A stretch of DNA of 64,000 nt from Fistulifera solaris (taxonomy: Eukaryota), in contig AP026136.1 in NCBI GenBank assembly GCA_030295235.1, forward strand, positions 496,001 through 560,000, written 5' to 3'. The position numbers and the translations under genes were made by a program. The notes under the pieces were generated by a model. It searched no databases. It saw only the letters and a program-made list of their open reading frames with translations, and was not told where the DNA came from. Of the stretch, positions 61,425 through 64,000 are shown one piece after another (position 1 is the first letter of the stretch; each line of letters starts with the position of its first letter).

Positions 61425-62861
61425 GTGATTGCTTTGATCATAATTTTAGCGGTCAAGATAAAGGTTGTTCGAACTTGGATGAATCAAGTATCCAAGACAA
61501 CGACATCGGCACTTTCCAGTGTCACTTCATTAGAGACTTTGTCAAGGATCCGAAGTTCCGTTAATCGATCGATGAATTCTTCTTCGATGCGTCTTTTTAC
61601 ACTGGCATCAAAATGTTCGCCCTTCCATGCGAATGATCGTAAACATTGCCTGTCTACCGGCGATTGCTTTCTTTCACATGATGATACCGGAAAGCTTTTG
61701 TTATCAGATATCAAAGAAGTGTTTTCATTCTCAGCAATGCTGAATCAAGCCAAGACTGAAAAAAGCTCGCCCGGGCGTCGTGCGTGCTTACAAAAGGCCC
61801 TCGACTCGGTGGAGGCCGCCATCGCATTTTCCCGAGGACCGAATGCGAGAACAGTGCTTCTGAAAAACGATAGAAACACTCTTACATTCGGTGATATGGA
61901 TGCTCTAGCTTTTATTGCGGCATGTCGGATATTTGCGGAATGGAGGAGCATTCGTTTAGTACCCGACGGATACCCACGATACGCAATGGGGATGGGCGTG
62001 GCGCGCCGTGATTTGCTGCAAAACTTGGGAAAGGTAGAAAAAGCAATTCACGATTACATGGAGAAAAACTCGAGCTCAGATGATGTCGGTAGAACACCGA
62101 CCTTGCGCCAGCTTATGCGCCACGAGATTTGTCGGAATATGCACCCTAATCTTCCGCGTCTCACCGACCGATCCGGAGCCAACGGGCTTTTATGGACCAT
62201 TCGACAAGTTAGATACCAGACTTTGATTTTCTCTAATCTACGACAGACTCCTTTTCTATTTCCGGACTCCAAAGCCGCAAATCAAGCAGCTTATCATGCC
62301 ACCTACGACAAGTACCACGGCTTTTTCACACGCCAAGTCTTTCAAGCCACCTTCGATGTGGCTCCACATGCAGACATTGTCATGGAGCATATGAATGTAA
62401 GCGCTCCAGAAGATCTTTTCTGTGTGGAAAGTGCTACCCAAGCAGAATCGATGGAAGCCGAATCTATCAATGAGAATGGCAACGAACCCGACGATACATG
62501 GATCCATCTAGATCTCGAACTGACAGAGCGCCAACCCAACACGGACGATGATTTAGAGCCACATCGTATTGTGGACGTGCCGAAAAGGGTGAAGCCTCAG
62601 CACCCTTTGGAGTGCTTCGGACATCATTTACAAGTTGAGTGGAATCGAATGATCAGCCAATGTGCAGGAATGACGGAGCAACCTATCCCGAATGACTCAC
62701 TTCATGCGTCGGTAATTGTCGATGCACCACTGCGACGAGAAGCTTCATTCAAGCTGGCGGATGTGCAATTTTGTTCATTTATCGACTTCATGCAGCCCCT
62801 CCTCCATGATTTAGAGAACATGATGGAGGAATTGAATATGAACGACCCGAGTCGAGTCTAA
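61425..62861 (+). CDS. GLTP-domain protein, tandem paralog 2 (5' end unresolved, probably further upstream)
   Basis: Colinear with paralog 1: DALAFIAACRIFAEWR..R.VP.GY..YA.GM, RDLLQNLGK, SGANGLLWTIRQ, YDKYHGFF, LNMNDPSRV. Confidence 0.8.
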   Translation: MIALIIILAVKIKVVRTWMNQVSKTTTSALSSVTSLETLSRIRSSVNRSMNSSSMRLFTLASKCSPFHANDRKHCLSTGDCFLSHDDTGKLLLSDIKEVFSFSAMLNQAKTEKSSPGRRACLQKALDSVEAAIAFSRGPNARTVLLKNDRNTLTFGDMDALAFIAACRIFAEWRSIRLVPDGYPRYAMGMGVARRDLLQNLGKVEKAIHDYMEKNSSSDDVGRTPTLRQLMRHEICRNMHPNLPRLTDRSGANGLLWTIRQVRYQTLIFSNLRQTPFLFPDSKAANQAAYHATYDKYHGFFTRQVFQATFDVAPHADIVMEHMNVSAPEDLFCVESATQAESMEAESINENGNEPDDTWIHLDLELTERQPNTDDDLEPHRIVDVPKRVKPQHPLECFGHHLQVEWNRMISQCAGMTEQPIPNDSLHASVIVDAPLRREASFKLADVQFCSFIDFMQPLLHDLENMMEELNMNDPSRV

Positions 62862-62967
62862 ATGGTACATCATACCATAAACATGATCCCTAGACATACA
62901 CAAGAATAAAAAAAGTGTATAAAGAATAAGTCTATTGCGTATTTTTGCGCAGAGCATTTCACACAGC

Positions 62968-64000
62968 CTAAGCTTCTTGACTTTTTCGTTTTTGACGGTC
63001 CATCATCACTTGCTGCCATTTTTCCATTTTCCGCATTTGATGTTCTTCTTTTTCTCTGGCACGACGTTGCATCCATCCCACCAACCCGTTGGATTCGACT
63101 TCGTCCGGTGCCTTTCCGGCAATATCCTTGGCCGTCAATTGCACGGGACGCGTGGTCGTGATGGTACTGCTGACAGCGTCGGCCGGCAATTCCGGTGCCG
63201 GCAACGCATTCCGGGGTACCAGACCTCCCAGCCCGCGACTGGATTGTTGCAGACGATCGTAGCGAATCAAGTTGATGCGTCGTTCGATCTCATCGGCAAT
63301 CTGATCGGAATCCATTCCGTGATATTGTCGCAGGAGCGTAGGAATGTCACCGTAATTTTCCCGCGCAATTTCAATCAAAGGGTGTAATGCGTTCTAACGC
63401 ATTGTCGGTTCGATCGGAGGGATCCGTGTAGGGTTTGATGGGAATGACATTGTAGGGATGGAATTGGACTTCTTCGGGATCATCATCCAGGACAACAATG
63501 CGATTGACGTTCCGATTCAATCGATCCAAGTCTTTGATGTAAACACCATTTTTGTAGACCGTAGCATCTCGATAGAGCCGATGCATGATACAGCCTTCTT
63601 TATCTAACGATGTAACGACCGGATCGGCCATGCCGTCGATACTGGGCGAAAAGAGGACAATCTCGTAATACATGGCCATTGTTCTTAAAAACTGATCGAC
63701 TCCGGGTCGTTTTGCATGACGATACCCGTATTTACGATCCCACGTAGAACTGACCAAGGTATTGTCGAGATCAATCACCAGTGTGTGCGGGACGGGAATA
63801 TCGTGTGGCACATTCGGCATCTGAAGAGCGAGTGTGAGGTATCCATTTGCTAAAGAAAACAAAGCTGCCGTTAGCAGCCTTTCCGGCTGGCATATTCAAT
63901 CACGAAAGACTTACTTGTGACCAGTCGGGCAATAACTTGTCGTATTGTGGGACCGCCATTTCTTCAAATTTGTTACGGATCCAACCGGCCAACCCTATCG
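62968..64000 (-). CDS. TIM50: Mitochondrial import translocase subunit TIM50 (5' part outside window)
   Basis: TLVIDLDNTLVSSTWDRKYGYRHAKRPGVDQFL...YYEIVLFS...LYRDAT.Y.NG..IKDL..LNR. Intron at about 63850-63914; frameshift at about 63378. Confidence 0.88.

Noticed and set aside
29462..62861. Sphingolipid gene cluster (LCB2 + ABCG + GLTPs)
   Set aside because: LCB2 is over 20 kb away with many unrelated genes between; no evidence of clustering.
994..63400. Pervasive frameshifts read as programmed frameshifting, RNA editing or mass pseudogenisation
   Set aside because: Breaks fall mostly in homopolymer runs and go both ways (extra A in TBP at ~5340, missing A in LCB2 at ~30655). They share no slippery or stop motif and hit essential genes with intact catalytic motifs. 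This is typical of unpolished long-read assembly.

Overview
Gene-dense eukaryotic nuclear DNA with short GT-AG introns. It is most likely from a raphid pennate diatom, judging by bipartite ASAFAP-like plastid presequences, an Lsi2-like transporter and a CoDi-type copia element. About 26 protein-coding genes are recognisable: cystinosin-like (partial), PH-PP2C, TBP, LRR protein, PAP/fibrillin, NDUFAF3, hemerythrin-like, two hypotheticals, RING-CaaX, MSH6, SF3B3, TRAPPC13, Lsi2-like, SPT LCB2, BSD, CCT, SGF11, RBR E3, EMC1, JmjC, 5'-nucleotidase, inactive trypsin, ABCG/PDR, two GLTP-domain paralogs and TIM50 (partial). Most genes carry single-base indels at homopolymers, best read as assembly error. 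The most unusual object is a young, full-length Ty1/copia LTR retrotransposon (34824-41032, minus strand). It has a non-CA U5 end and no TGG primer-binding site, but a bipartite match to the 5' quarter of initiator tRNA. It also has twin leader hairpins, a UGA-CUA readthrough-type gag/pol junction followed by a hydrophobic segment, and a DNR protease motif. All identifications are from motif recognition by eye; no searches were run.
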